A stretch of 64,000 nucleotides of DNA, from positions 26,191 to 90,190 of the IMG/VR virus record IMGVR_UViG_3300021387_000141; one strand, 5' to 3'. The position numbers and the translations under genes were made by a program. Shown piece by piece: positions 58,001 through 64,000 of the stretch. The DNA is from a virus. Taxonomy: Duplodnaviria > Caudoviricetes. The notes below the pieces were generated by a model that worked only from the letters and a program-made list of their open reading frames with translations, was not told the DNA's origin and did no database searches. How positions within the stretch are numbered: the stretch's first letter is position 1; the number at the start of each line of letters is the position of its first letter.

Positions 58001-61000
58001 TATTTATGGCTGGAATCTTGAAAAATATAATCAGACCGCCAAAGAAGCATCTAACTCTACAACAGATCTGACAAAGAAGATCACTCAAAATGGTACCGAA
58101 GCGGAAATGATGTCCATGGTCTATGAAGCTCTTCCGGAAGAAATAAAGGGATATGCTGATGGTTTCAGTGACATATTTACGGCTGCTTTTGATGAAAAGA
58201 CCGGAAATATCAAAATTACCGATGATATTTATAAAAAGGTGTTCAAGGTCAATGATGTTAATAAATTGACCGGCATTGGTAAAACTGTTTATGACACGAT
58301 CGGCACCGGTTTTGAGATGGGCAAGGGCACGCTTGAAAATCTGCTGAAAGAAAATGGCCTGGAATTAAACGGTAAAAGTGTCAGTTCTTTCTTCTCAAAG
58401 GAAACTTTTGCAAAAATGTTCCAGTCTGATAGTGGGATTTTTGATCTTGCCGGTACCATAAAAGAAAACATTGATCCTTTGCAAATGTTCGGCGATTTTA
58501 TTGGCGGTTTGTTTAGCGGAAAAGGTGTAAAAGGCTCCGCATCTGCTGCGCTGGTAAATGGTTTGTCAAGCGCGTTTAAGTTAAGCCAGAATGTTGTTGA
58601 AAATGTTGAGGAAATTTCTAACACAGTACTTGATCCGGAAGCTGATCTCACAGATTTAGACTATTTTAATGCTTATCTTGAAAAGATCAAAGAAAATTAT
58701 GCATTGATAACCGATTCCGAAGGAAAAGCATTTATCGCTATAAAAGGTTATCAGAATTTAATTGAAGGTAAAGATCTTACAACATCTCAGGCTCAGGAAT
58801 TGACCAAATTATATGATGCCGTTGTTCAGGGCTTTTACGGTAAAGACCATGATGAAATTCAGCAGAATCTTATGGAGATGTTTAATATTGACTGGGATGT
58901 TCTCCGTGGAAATGGCCGTAATTTTGAACAGTACGCAAACCAATATCTGGAATATGCAGATAAAGTGACTGCTAAACGCGATGCCGGTGAAAAATATACG
59001 GCCGAAGATTTTGTACGTGATGTAAACGCCGGCAAATTCGGTCTGGATGCAGAAACCCGGAAAAAGGTGTTTGAAGCTGCAGATATCGATGTCCAACGGG
59101 GTGAAGAACTTTATCAGAATTGGCTGAAAGATGGTAATAAAGCGCTTGAACAGATCGGTGACGATCATATATTTCTTACGAAACAAGAAAAAGAAGCTGC
59201 TGAAACAGTAAAACAAACCAATGAAATTCTTGCTTCAACTCCGGAAGGCGCTTTCCAGGCAGTGGCTAATTTCCTGGATGGTGTTGAGAAAGCTATTACC
59301 AATAAGAATGCCGCGAAAGATTTTCGTACTTTTATGGACGATATCAAAGATATCTTCAGTAAAGATAATATGAAAATCGAGGGCGCTTCCGATTTCGGTC
59401 AGATCGCTGACTTTATCAAAATGGTTGATACCACTTCAAATAATTCAAACGGTTTGAAAGACAGCTTTTCAACTTTAATGAACGGGATCAGCCAAACGAT
59501 CAACGGCTTATCTATTGATGAAACAAAACTCGATCCTATTACGAATTTCCTGGATAAACTGGATGCTTCTTCTGAAGTATTTACGAATGGTGACAGCAGT
59601 GGTATTCAGAAATTTGTGGATAATTTATATTCTGCAATGGAAAACAGTGGAGGAGATGCCTCAGCTGCCGCGAATACGATTGCCGAAGTGATCAACGTCA
59701 CGTTGCTGGAAAAGCAGGATAAATTTGTTGAAATTGGTCAATTCATTGTTATTTGGATTGCTGCAGGGATGATCGCCTATCAAAATGTCGTCCGTGAAGC
59801 TGCAAACCAGACGGCGACAACGCTGACTACAGCATTTAATCAGCAGGCGGTTGACAAAGCGCCGCAGTCCGGTAAAGATTTTATTACTGAGTTCACAAAA
59901 GGAATTGTTTCTGAAGAATCGGTTTCCGCATTGGATACTGCTTTAAATACTTTATTCAGCAGTTTAAATGAAGCAACAGCTGCTGCCGGTGAAACAACAG
60001 AAGAATCTTCTGCACTTGGCGGTGGATCGGCAGGTACTCGCTTCGGTCAGCAATTCGTTCATGACATGGCTCAGAGCATTACGGAAGGCTCCATTACTGC
60101 CTTCACCGGGCTGACTCAATCGATCGCCAATCTTCCACAGTCGATCAGCGAAGCTTTGGATGAAGATAAGCAGAAAGAACTGACAGCTGCCGTAGATGGC
60201 ATCAGCAGCATGCTGAGCGGCATCGTTCCGGATGGTTCCTCCATGGCAATGAATATGATTGAAGGGATCATCAGCACTTTAACGGCTAATGGTCCGCTGA
60301 TCGCTGACCTGATGGCCTGGATCGCAGCCGGTGCTCAGGGTGAATTTAATCGTGAAAATGAGTCTCATTCTCCTTCCCGGAAATATAAGAAGTTCGCTGG
60401 TTATATCACCGACGGTATTGTGATTGGACTTCAAAATGGTAGTCGGGATGTCAATAAGGCTTCTGCGGATGTCGCATTAGGCGCTTTGAATACTGCGAAA
60501 GACGTTTTAGGCATTCATTCTCCTGGTAAAGAACCTGAAGAGCAAATCGGTATACCATATGATCAAGGTGTTGCAAAAGGCATTGAAAACGGAGAACCCG
60601 CTGTTCAGGCAGCTGTAACAGATATGGCCGAAAATGCAGTTGAAACTGGTAATTCAGTTATTAGTAAAAACCTTGGTAAATCCATTGATACTGGCCTATT
60701 CAGAAATAATTTAATGAATAATTTAAATAATCTTTCGCCATATCCTGCTGGTACTAATAAGTATCTTCAGGATGTACAAAACGATATCAAAAATATCATG
60801 GGCGAGATTATTACTACAGAAGAAAATGGTTTAACCGTAGGTCAAACTTTAACTGAACGAGCAATTGAGCATTTCATGTCTGCCACAAGCGGTATAAAAA
60901 CAATGACCGAAGAAGAAGCCGCTGTAATTCAAGGCTTTTGGAGTCAAATTTTAAATGGCGATTTCGGTGTATTGGAAGGTGCGAATTCAGCAACCGGCCG

Positions 61001-61682
61001 AGAAGCTATGCTGAAAGATATGAAATTGACCTGGGAACAATTTGCAAGATTTTCTAATAACACCAGCACTTTGGATCTTTCTTCAATTACAAAGGGCATT
61101 AATGACTATAGTGATGCTGTAGGTGTTTTGACAAAAGACTCTTCTATGGAAGATGTTATTAACTCTATTTATTCGGGACTTCTTGGAAATGGCGAAAAAC
61201 GCAAGGAAGCTATTGAAGGGCTTGGTAAAGATTATGATTTCACACAATTCATATTGAAGAAAATGTGGAATCTGAAACCGGGTGAAAAGATTGATTATGA
61301 TTTTATTGATGCTAATTATGAAGCATTACTGAATTCATTCAATGATGCCGTCGCAGCTGGAAAAGACCTTCTTGGTGAAGAAATGGACGAAGCTGTTCCG
61401 ATTGTTATTTCACCGACAGTTGATGATACGGCATTAAATGCTGCCCGAGATAAAATCATCGAAGCCACTACCAGTCAACAGGAAGCACAAAAAGTAGCTA
61501 CTACAGAAAGAGGTAACGCTCCAAAAGTTGGTGATAATACTGAATCAACTGGCGGTTCAGCACCTTCTGTCGTATACAACCAATATAATACTTCACCGAA
61601 ACCGATTGACGCTTTAGAGGTCTATCGTCGTACGGCAAATCAATTTGCGCAAATGCGAGGCTTATTGCATGCAGACGATTAA
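46008..61682 (+). CDS. Giant tape measure protein (5,224 aa)
   Basis: N-terminus DERVVEMRFDN..FE, tape-measure segment FADETSYDF..; internal repeats; SPS(R/K) motifs; followed by Dit. Confidence 0.92.
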   Translation: MSELLDERVVEMRFDNADFEQNVNQSIKTINKLKDSLDFDNAGESFENISAAAAKCDMKPLEDSIESISVKFNMLELVAANVLSNIVNKVADAAVNMTKSLTIDQVTAGWSKYEQKTQSVQTIMAATGESIDVVNNKLEKLIWFADETSYDFVDMVNNIGKFTSAGVDLDTAVNSMMGISNWAAISGAGIQQASRAMYNLSQAIGMGYVGIQDWKSIELANMATIEFKETVLETALAFGTLKQEADGTIKTLDGKDIVTAETMRNSLKKQWFTSDVLNAALDQYSEFANEVYAYQNDFEKKHGYAITVNNAMRLMEKDGYVMDSLGAKAFAKAQEAVTLTQAVNATADAVSSGWMRTFETIFGNYEKAKKLWTNLANDMWDIFAWPGETRNNTLYSVMESNYQKMLDEMPDGSDFNERLQVKITEIARSNGKTEKEIKELWRNFDSVEELLTRGDLSDFSLDQAFSELLEEYHREGDLAGKLSADLKSGDKSLKSIITALAYGYGPYSKDAEKARKEIEKIGLDYDWAMEMANAVLNGAQIDWNAITKDLVTELDSQKSICDEFVAYLSESLSWGYDGFFGRIKELGGRDKLMGALDNILKTFKNIYRLVLTTSNAISEKFGGNSLILSILDGFNKLTGVFAITDEKFEAMEQSINDFFFNGGFETKLVEFVEKLGKVKKSIVDFFLGKETLYKGNYYDKTLQRTVSIYEREGGLFQKIYNLYQTYIGRLPENVRDSIEKIRTSISGFLGDVPKKFEELKTKITEIWTKVFGEETGIGTYFNPITKKIGTYTKRAGGLIDEFKQKILSFGNGAVGKAIEWLAAGLKKIGDLLFGYKKDGEDVQGIITIIYDKMAAFWQMLKDIGKAVEDIFERFKSWLGLDFEKVGNSSFFDILLGKKVYKTNVYDEKLQRTVSVYERTGGILGKVKEAYSSFEKEILKIAESAAFIAIKNFIFGDEESKIPNIFGRIKEPLQDITEFFIGKKIHKGTTWSDELNSYIPLYERQGGLINKLKETIQDVTDSNAFKAIRNFIFGDEESKTPNIFGRIQSVIDSIAKSTAFIAIKNFIFGDEKANIPNIFGRIQSVIDSIAKSTAFIAIKNFIFGDEESKTPNIFGRIQSVIDSIAKSTAFIAIKNFIFGDEKANIPNIFGRIQSVIDSIAKSTAFIAIKNFIFGNEKANIPNIFGRIKETIQSITDSTAFKAVRNFIFGDEESKTPNIFGRIKEIIQSITDSTAFKTVRNFIFGDNEGNTNGSIGILERIQNFLQSIYESTPFKAIWRFFFGDEELNDGLKEGTETLDKTASKSKSTLHEASLGEKRDLYQIKDDSGRMIPFEEISSSNSKLTGFQKLLLGIKEKFEAITSSKAYNDIKEFFFGSKRAVYNEKFEIVGYVQDAPNIIQRITGAIEKLPESIRTAKDAILNFFLGPVNEEGKRTENIFKRLPTYISAAKDNIADFFIGKKIHKGTTWSDELNSYIPLYEREGGLINKLKETFEKLKSEHPWFASFCSFIETQIQNIRKIFSEAGGDISLAFENLNTYLNGGHFKHKNELGEIETDLEETDGVITNIRKNIEKLFNGGKEKSEKSVLERILEYLGIGRNRGFLTQLRDFIATLTGMNIFMMTANLKFGDFLGIQVQTGLEAFIDSLKALAISVAIIAATLAGMTIFINYLQTKGYATLAAAFGVITLIFALLVGVSYFMQKKQAELNAKTAVVLLVASGMISVISGLLIILTGLFFGIVAILAKFNLIENHKKELLVAGGVLAGLLTFITLITAFSVKVAKKDEKIKSSSGVWFGLAAVLFGLSHFITTIAILLGAFYLFPKNMDKLKEAGKILGGLIGLAVAMVAATAILARIATGGRGTDKTTFAIIVALLVSLNSFLISVSAIVAGIYFFMKDKTLSDLKTPALVLGGIILSVAALIGLVLLAVNKFSKIKLQESDDKKVATIDKSVFGLLIGIVILVERIKTLVALIAGIGAVTGWENIAVAFGGISILLLAIAGTAAILGSIKKVDGSVIKNLALVSSLIISIGVMVSAIVSLVDANPEVSNIHTYVLPIVLAIGEILLLITAVSGMLQFIKNAKLSEINNADTVFLMILGTLTVLTILIGAIYGIAKSRNLSDLHTTIFPIVAAIAAMEVLVAGIVLLLKFIANNKIDPNHVGTLDLAAISIVLILGLLVALAAGVSAFLDQAKANKKDFNGKWKELLPLFEVVGELIILMIPLSMMLSSLGKAKVNAETIVAFMAMTVVIGALIIGAKELINYADGYGDIKTAWKTLVPMLEVISEIIAITSLLVVPLALIKHFEIDIAAIGKFISMAVIVGILGAAAVLLIQNIEKFDVGDMETAWKTLLPLIEVISELIAVATLLLVPLGLLKLIKIDWKTVFQLGALILYLYALVGAVAILSTIAVEHPNIDKWDSLLPLLTGILGMVIAIGAMVAVLMAMNAAIQHWGDKVDFIKNFGKTFLTFLGALGSLMVLVIAMTALGAVLYAVQKGLSDALGNGWMLESIKLLSDMLRSMLDIFVTLGLVLLGIGLIYKVAPDLKKKDFGFKSVAKNIAVAMVAILEIIAGMVLLGALLRLAQKGLSDALGASDDWMFDSIDFIVEIMDRFSGALIKFSIAIALIQIVFGFLDGIMGKLKVTKTPSKGLNMASIIGGILKAVAIIGVIIAAAVTLGAAFMGVQWLGKKLFKNADDNWLFDAIDLIGNLIGAILGKLVDGIKNLVTKFKGNESEQSVSIGEKLSGFMKALGPFLEQIRSLSLSDINQVAILGMIMAGLFATELFQSAALWAASLQPDGDIATLVNGLSDLFGEDGAITGFLTAIQTISWHDVDQVNLLADIMKALFVSELFSSAAAWAQSLQTGGDISEVAKGLSSLLGENGSLTGFLNAVKDITLGQVAGAQALAAVMGGIFTATLLEKGAEWASTIKTGGNIDTVVKGLSGLLGEKGSLTGYINAVSNLDGNSVKGATYLSLIMGAVFTATLLKGVTEWASTIKTGGDFNTVVNGLSGLLGEGGTLTAFLEAVKNIGETEVKGAGNLSLVIGSIMADELMSKIAEYFSTFNTGGNFETVVAGLSNLLGTNGTLTQFLNNVSAIGDDKVKGAENLASVMNAIMLAEFLQQMATYASTFNTGGSFDQVATGLSSLLGENGKLTAFLDAVKDLDENDATRAGYLTDIMAAIFVSEVFDTLIGFASQFSSDGGQLATIATGLGQMVADLQPFLTAVQDLEKDDVTRAGYLPQILGAVVNTQLLTAAEKITSFISGSNDTNYVEMFGKLTKENGLVDGVIMLANDLREKKANLSGVSEAADAIGSVFELLHILSDMAEVKDSTTLIDRLKFWKDTVALDDAATAIQKIDEKIVTEIVKFQTDLQTSGIDAEYIKNTVGLYLDIINTVMNLANASESDIDFINFEQLGKNIIDGLILSFSNMDDRNRVYESALKLGQYIAEGLITGVNGSTDALDTAGTDMADTVTEATADELEVASPSRVMYEIGQFVVQGLINGIHAGSYEAKKEAERLSAVIEDGVSKHDINMAGVNIEMDWELAYGNLDNLKDSVGNIDFEKIREFLHGQYDELLGTEYIDAFINSWAGKWKQIPQILDETQSKIVKGIANNEYGYTQEEILTNLEKELGSAEDAQKAWQNYNDVLADNIKLNQENAKEQVASAQMTKEEYAEIERLFNEAHSGKYDAQNGDTRVDRLVKEAGATREQAELVQRMLNDQYEYGLSPSYVRAEKQLKELREEEEARRKTAAETSKAAETTAESMTDATDGIDAATESLDNLKTTEEAVAEAADDASKSIVKIKDSAKEVLKNVDKKTLQEGYAAWKAGRDMTAEQAEQFNYIRKQNRLQNLGSRGQRDAFYKELGFDPKDANDFFNNADPYQNARRRMEGNAESYSRVVEKETEAAKKAAEAKGSIKDTLDYIEENESSDLEKNKKMYQEAFKDTDDLLNAAFDRMRKGEKLTEDQVDFLYEFQKAIGTDIFGSGKDRRKEFKSLGISEENLDMAMRIYGWNLEKYNQTAKEASNSTTDLTKKITQNGTEAEMMSMVYEALPEEIKGYADGFSDIFTAAFDEKTGNIKITDDIYKKVFKVNDVNKLTGIGKTVYDTIGTGFEMGKGTLENLLKENGLELNGKSVSSFFSKETFAKMFQSDSGIFDLAGTIKENIDPLQMFGDFIGGLFSGKGVKGSASAALVNGLSSAFKLSQNVVENVEEISNTVLDPEADLTDLDYFNAYLEKIKENYALITDSEGKAFIAIKGYQNLIEGKDLTTSQAQELTKLYDAVVQGFYGKDHDEIQQNLMEMFNIDWDVLRGNGRNFEQYANQYLEYADKVTAKRDAGEKYTAEDFVRDVNAGKFGLDAETRKKVFEAADIDVQRGEELYQNWLKDGNKALEQIGDDHIFLTKQEKEAAETVKQTNEILASTPEGAFQAVANFLDGVEKAITNKNAAKDFRTFMDDIKDIFSKDNMKIEGASDFGQIADFIKMVDTTSNNSNGLKDSFSTLMNGISQTINGLSIDETKLDPITNFLDKLDASSEVFTNGDSSGIQKFVDNLYSAMENSGGDASAAANTIAEVINVTLLEKQDKFVEIGQFIVIWIAAGMIAYQNVVREAANQTATTLTTAFNQQAVDKAPQSGKDFITEFTKGIVSEESVSALDTALNTLFSSLNEATAAAGETTEESSALGGGSAGTRFGQQFVHDMAQSITEGSITAFTGLTQSIANLPQSISEALDEDKQKELTAAVDGISSMLSGIVPDGSSMAMNMIEGIISTLTANGPLIADLMAWIAAGAQGEFNRENESHSPSRKYKKFAGYITDGIVIGLQNGSRDVNKASADVALGALNTAKDVLGIHSPGKEPEEQIGIPYDQGVAKGIENGEPAVQAAVTDMAENAVETGNSVISKNLGKSIDTGLFRNNLMNNLNNLSPYPAGTNKYLQDVQNDIKNIMGEIITTEENGLTVGQTLTERAIEHFMSATSGIKTMTEEEAAVIQGFWSQILNGDFGVLEGANSATGREAMLKDMKLTWEQFARFSNNTSTLDLSSITKGINDYSDAVGVLTKDSSMEDVINSIYSGLLGNGEKRKEAIEGLGKDYDFTQFILKKMWNLKPGEKIDYDFIDANYEALLNSFNDAVAAGKDLLGEEMDEAVPIVISPTVDDTALNAARDKIIEATTSQQEAQKVATTERGNAPKVGDNTESTGGSAPSVVYNQYNTSPKPIDALEVYRRTANQFAQMRGLLHADD
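49060..49760 (+). repeat. 105-bp (35-aa) tandem repeat x7 within the TMP
   Basis: TTTGG anchors at 49101, 49206, 49311, 49416, 49521, 49626, 49731; an extra unit at 48867. Confidence 0.95.
54210..55780 (+). repeat. 201-bp (67-aa) repeat within the TMP
   Basis: L(L/F)GExG anchors at 54411, 54612, 54813, 55014, 55215, 55416, with degenerate flanks. Confidence 0.9.
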
Positions 61683-61696
61683 ATAAAAGGAAAATT

Positions 61697-62629
61697 ATGA
61701 TCAAATCATTCAAAATAACTACTTATTTGGGTGATAGCATCGAATTAGATATCAGGAAGCCGGAAGACACCGGCTTCTTGATTTCTTCTGTAACAGGCAT
61801 CACCCTGCCCGCGGCGACAATCTCGGCGACGGATGTTGCCACCATGGATGGCGCCGTATATTCCGGAGCTCGCTTGAGCAAACGGAACATTGTTTTTGCA
61901 ATTATATTTTATGAAGATAACAACATTTATGACCCGAACACCGGTGAACGCCGCCGGTATGATGTTGAAGAACTGCGTCATAAATGCTATAAATATTTTC
62001 CGATAAAAAAAGAGATTACGATTCATATTACAAATGATTCCGGAACATATCGGATTTCCGGTTATATTGAGTCTAATGAAAGTGCGGTCTTTACAAAACA
62101 GGAAGGCGCCGCAATTTCCGTAATTTGTCCGGATCCGTATTTTACAAAAGAAGAAACCTCTTCGATCCAGCTGCAGGATGTGATCGGGACCTTTCATTTT
62201 CCGGTCATGTTTCAGCCGACACAGCAGTTTGGTATGATCAAAACCTATCCGGCCACGGATATTAATTATGATGGCGCGGCCGATACCGGGTTGACGATCA
62301 GGATCTTTGCTACCGGAGCGATCACAAATCTGGTGATCAATGACCTGCTGAAGCATGAATATATGAAACTGGATTCTTCAAAGATTCAAAAGAAAACCGG
62401 CGCGGGGATCATCGCAAAAGATGAGATCCGGATCAATACCCGTCGTGGAAAAAAGAGCATTACCCTGATTCGTAACGGAAAAAGCATCAACATCTTAAAT
62501 TGTCTGGACAGAAATTCAAAATGGTTAACACTTTCCAATGGTGCGAATCGTTTTGGCTTTACTGCAGATTCCGGACGTTTGAATGCGCAGGTCACTTTTG
62601 AATATGAACCGCGCTATCTGGGGGTCTGA
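61697..62629 (+). CDS. Distal tail protein (Dit)
   Basis: Directly after the TMP; LSKRNIVF, CPDPYF, YEPRYLGV end. Confidence 0.85.
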   Translation: MIKSFKITTYLGDSIELDIRKPEDTGFLISSVTGITLPAATISATDVATMDGAVYSGARLSKRNIVFAIIFYEDNNIYDPNTGERRRYDVEELRHKCYKYFPIKKEITIHITNDSGTYRISGYIESNESAVFTKQEGAAISVICPDPYFTKEETSSIQLQDVIGTFHFPVMFQPTQQFGMIKTYPATDINYDGAADTGLTIRIFATGAITNLVINDLLKHEYMKLDSSKIQKKTGAGIIAKDEIRINTRRGKKSITLIRNGKSINILNCLDRNSKWLTLSNGANRFGFTADSGRLNAQVTFEYEPRYLGV

Positions 62630-62631
62630 TT

Positions 62632-64000
62632 ATGGGCAGCAATTATCCAAAGATTCCCGATTATTATCAGCAGGTCGAATACCTGCAGACAGATGGAACT
62701 GCTTATATTCGGACAGATTATAAACCGTATTACGACGGTTCTTCCGGTTCAAAAATATATGGCGTTTTTTCCGAAGAAAAAAAAGACGGGCCGGTTTTAG
62801 GATGCCGGTCGGATGAAGGGAAAAGGGTTTCTTTTCGGATCGAAAACGGGTCTGCTCTTACTGCCTATGGTGGAAACGAGCAAAAATTTTATAATGCTGA
62901 CCTGGAAGAAGATGAGAAATACTTAATTGATATTTCTCCGGATAATGCACTTCTTTTCCATTCTGGTATTCAGAATTACGCTCACTGGTCAACTATTCTT
63001 CCGGAAGGATATACTCAGGTAGAGTATATCGAAGGAACCGGTGAACAGTATATCAACACCGAACAGTTGGTTAATTCAAATCTTGGATTTGATATTTCAT
63101 TTTCTACGACTAACGATTTCGCAACCAGTGGTCATGGTACTATTTTGGGAGCAGAAAATAGGAATTCTGAAAAATTTTTTAAACTGACAACTTATTCGCC
63201 ATCATCTTCATATAAAGGAACTTTTGAAAGAAGAATTACAACTGCTGCGTCGACAACTCGTATTAATGCCAAAATGACTGCTGATACAAAATTACAATGT
63301 AAATTGGATCATCGTGTCTTTACGAATTGCGAAGGCACCGATACTACGATGGCTAATGTAAATATCAGTATTACAAATCCATTATATATTTTTGGTGTAT
63401 ATAATGATTCGCTTCAGTCTGCCAGTGAGTTTGCCAGTATGAAGCTGTATTCTCTAAAATTATATCAGTACGACATATCTGATACTGACCCTGTACATAT
63501 TTATTATCCATGTGTACGAAATATGGATAATAAACCCGGGCTGTATGATATTGTTGACAGCGCATTTCTTTCGAATGCCGGAACCGGCGAATTCATTCCC
63601 GGACCAAGTATATCAACGCTTGATCCATTTACGAATTCCGCAGATCTATTGATATTTGCAGAAAATAATAATGACGAAATCGTTCGTTCAGGCAAAATCA
63701 TTAAATGCTATTCTTTGCATATTTATAACGGAAACGAATTATATCGAAATTATATTCCCTGTTATGTAAAAGAAAATGGTCAGCCGGGATTTTATGAAAC
63801 GATTACAGATACGTTTATTCCGAATTCCGAAATCGATTTATTGTGCTCTTTAACCTGCGGACCGGATATCGAGGCGAACATAATAAAGGATATCCCGACT
63901 CGATACGGTGCGGTTGATACCAATCAGGTTTATGAAAATCTGCCGGAAGAGTACAAACAGGTGGAATATATCGAAAGTAATGCCAGTCAATATATTAATA
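62632..64000 (+). CDS. Tail/baseplate protein with repeated lectin-like (LamG-like) domains, truncated by window edge
   Basis: Open frame to the end; (I/L)PxxYxQVEY(L/I) three times and PC...PG(L/F)Y twice. Confidence 0.8.
   Translation, partial: MGSNYPKIPDYYQQVEYLQTDGTAYIRTDYKPYYDGSSGSKIYGVFSEEKKDGPVLGCRSDEGKRVSFRIENGSALTAYGGNEQKFYNADLEEDEKYLIDISPDNALLFHSGIQNYAHWSTILPEGYTQVEYIEGTGEQYINTEQLVNSNLGFDISFSTTNDFATSGHGTILGAENRNSEKFFKLTTYSPSSSYKGTFERRITTAASTTRINAKMTADTKLQCKLDHRVFTNCEGTDTTMANVNISITNPLYIFGVYNDSLQSASEFASMKLYSLKLYQYDISDTDPVHIYYPCVRNMDNKPGLYDIVDSAFLSNAGTGEFIPGPSISTLDPFTNSADLLIFAENNNDEIVRSGKIIKCYSLHIYNGNELYRNYIPCYVKENGQPGFYETITDTFIPNSEIDLLCSLTCGPDIEANIIKDIPTRYGAVDTNQVYENLPEEYKQVEYIESNASQYIN

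Noticed and set aside
1-64000. tRNA genes, integrase/repressor, inteins, group I introns, DGR
   Set aside because: No T-loop/cloverleaf, recombinase, intein or reverse-transcriptase motif recognised by eye; terminase and NrdD have ordinary lengths; tRNAscan and HMM scans were not run

Overview
The whole window is one contiguous piece of a tailed dsDNA phage (siphovirus) genome. Almost everything is encoded on the + strand, and I saw no host genes, integrase, tRNA or CRISPR array. Layout: replication and nucleotide metabolism at 0.1-13.3 kb (helicase-primase-exonuclease-PolB fusion, SSB, ThyX-like protein, dUTPase, glutaredoxin, class III RNR and activase, SF2 helicase); an accessory region of small genes in terminator-promoter-hairpin cassettes at 13.3-25.8 kb; a repeat-rich putative origin near 25.9 kb; a nuclease/RNA polymerase operon at 26.8-30.8 kb; a probable packaging site near 30.85 kb; then packaging, head, tail and lysis genes, a 5,224-aa tape measure protein, Dit and a truncated tail protein. 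The class III RNR suggests an anaerobic host, which is otherwise unidentified. Main hypothesis (inference): a tag-and-cargo virion delivery system. The YonO-like single-subunit RNA polymerase (ADFDGD) and four otherwise unrelated head-module proteins carry an N-terminal hydrophobic-x-His|aromatic motif. Similar hydrophobic-x-His sites occur six times in the protease-scaffold-capsid polyprotein. An 11-copy non-sigmaA promoter motif (TCGCR-N7-CA-N3-SCT-N3-WTR) precedes accessory genes, the RNAP operon and two ORF-less RNAs with predicted pseudoknots. All family assignments come from motif recognition by eye, not database searches.
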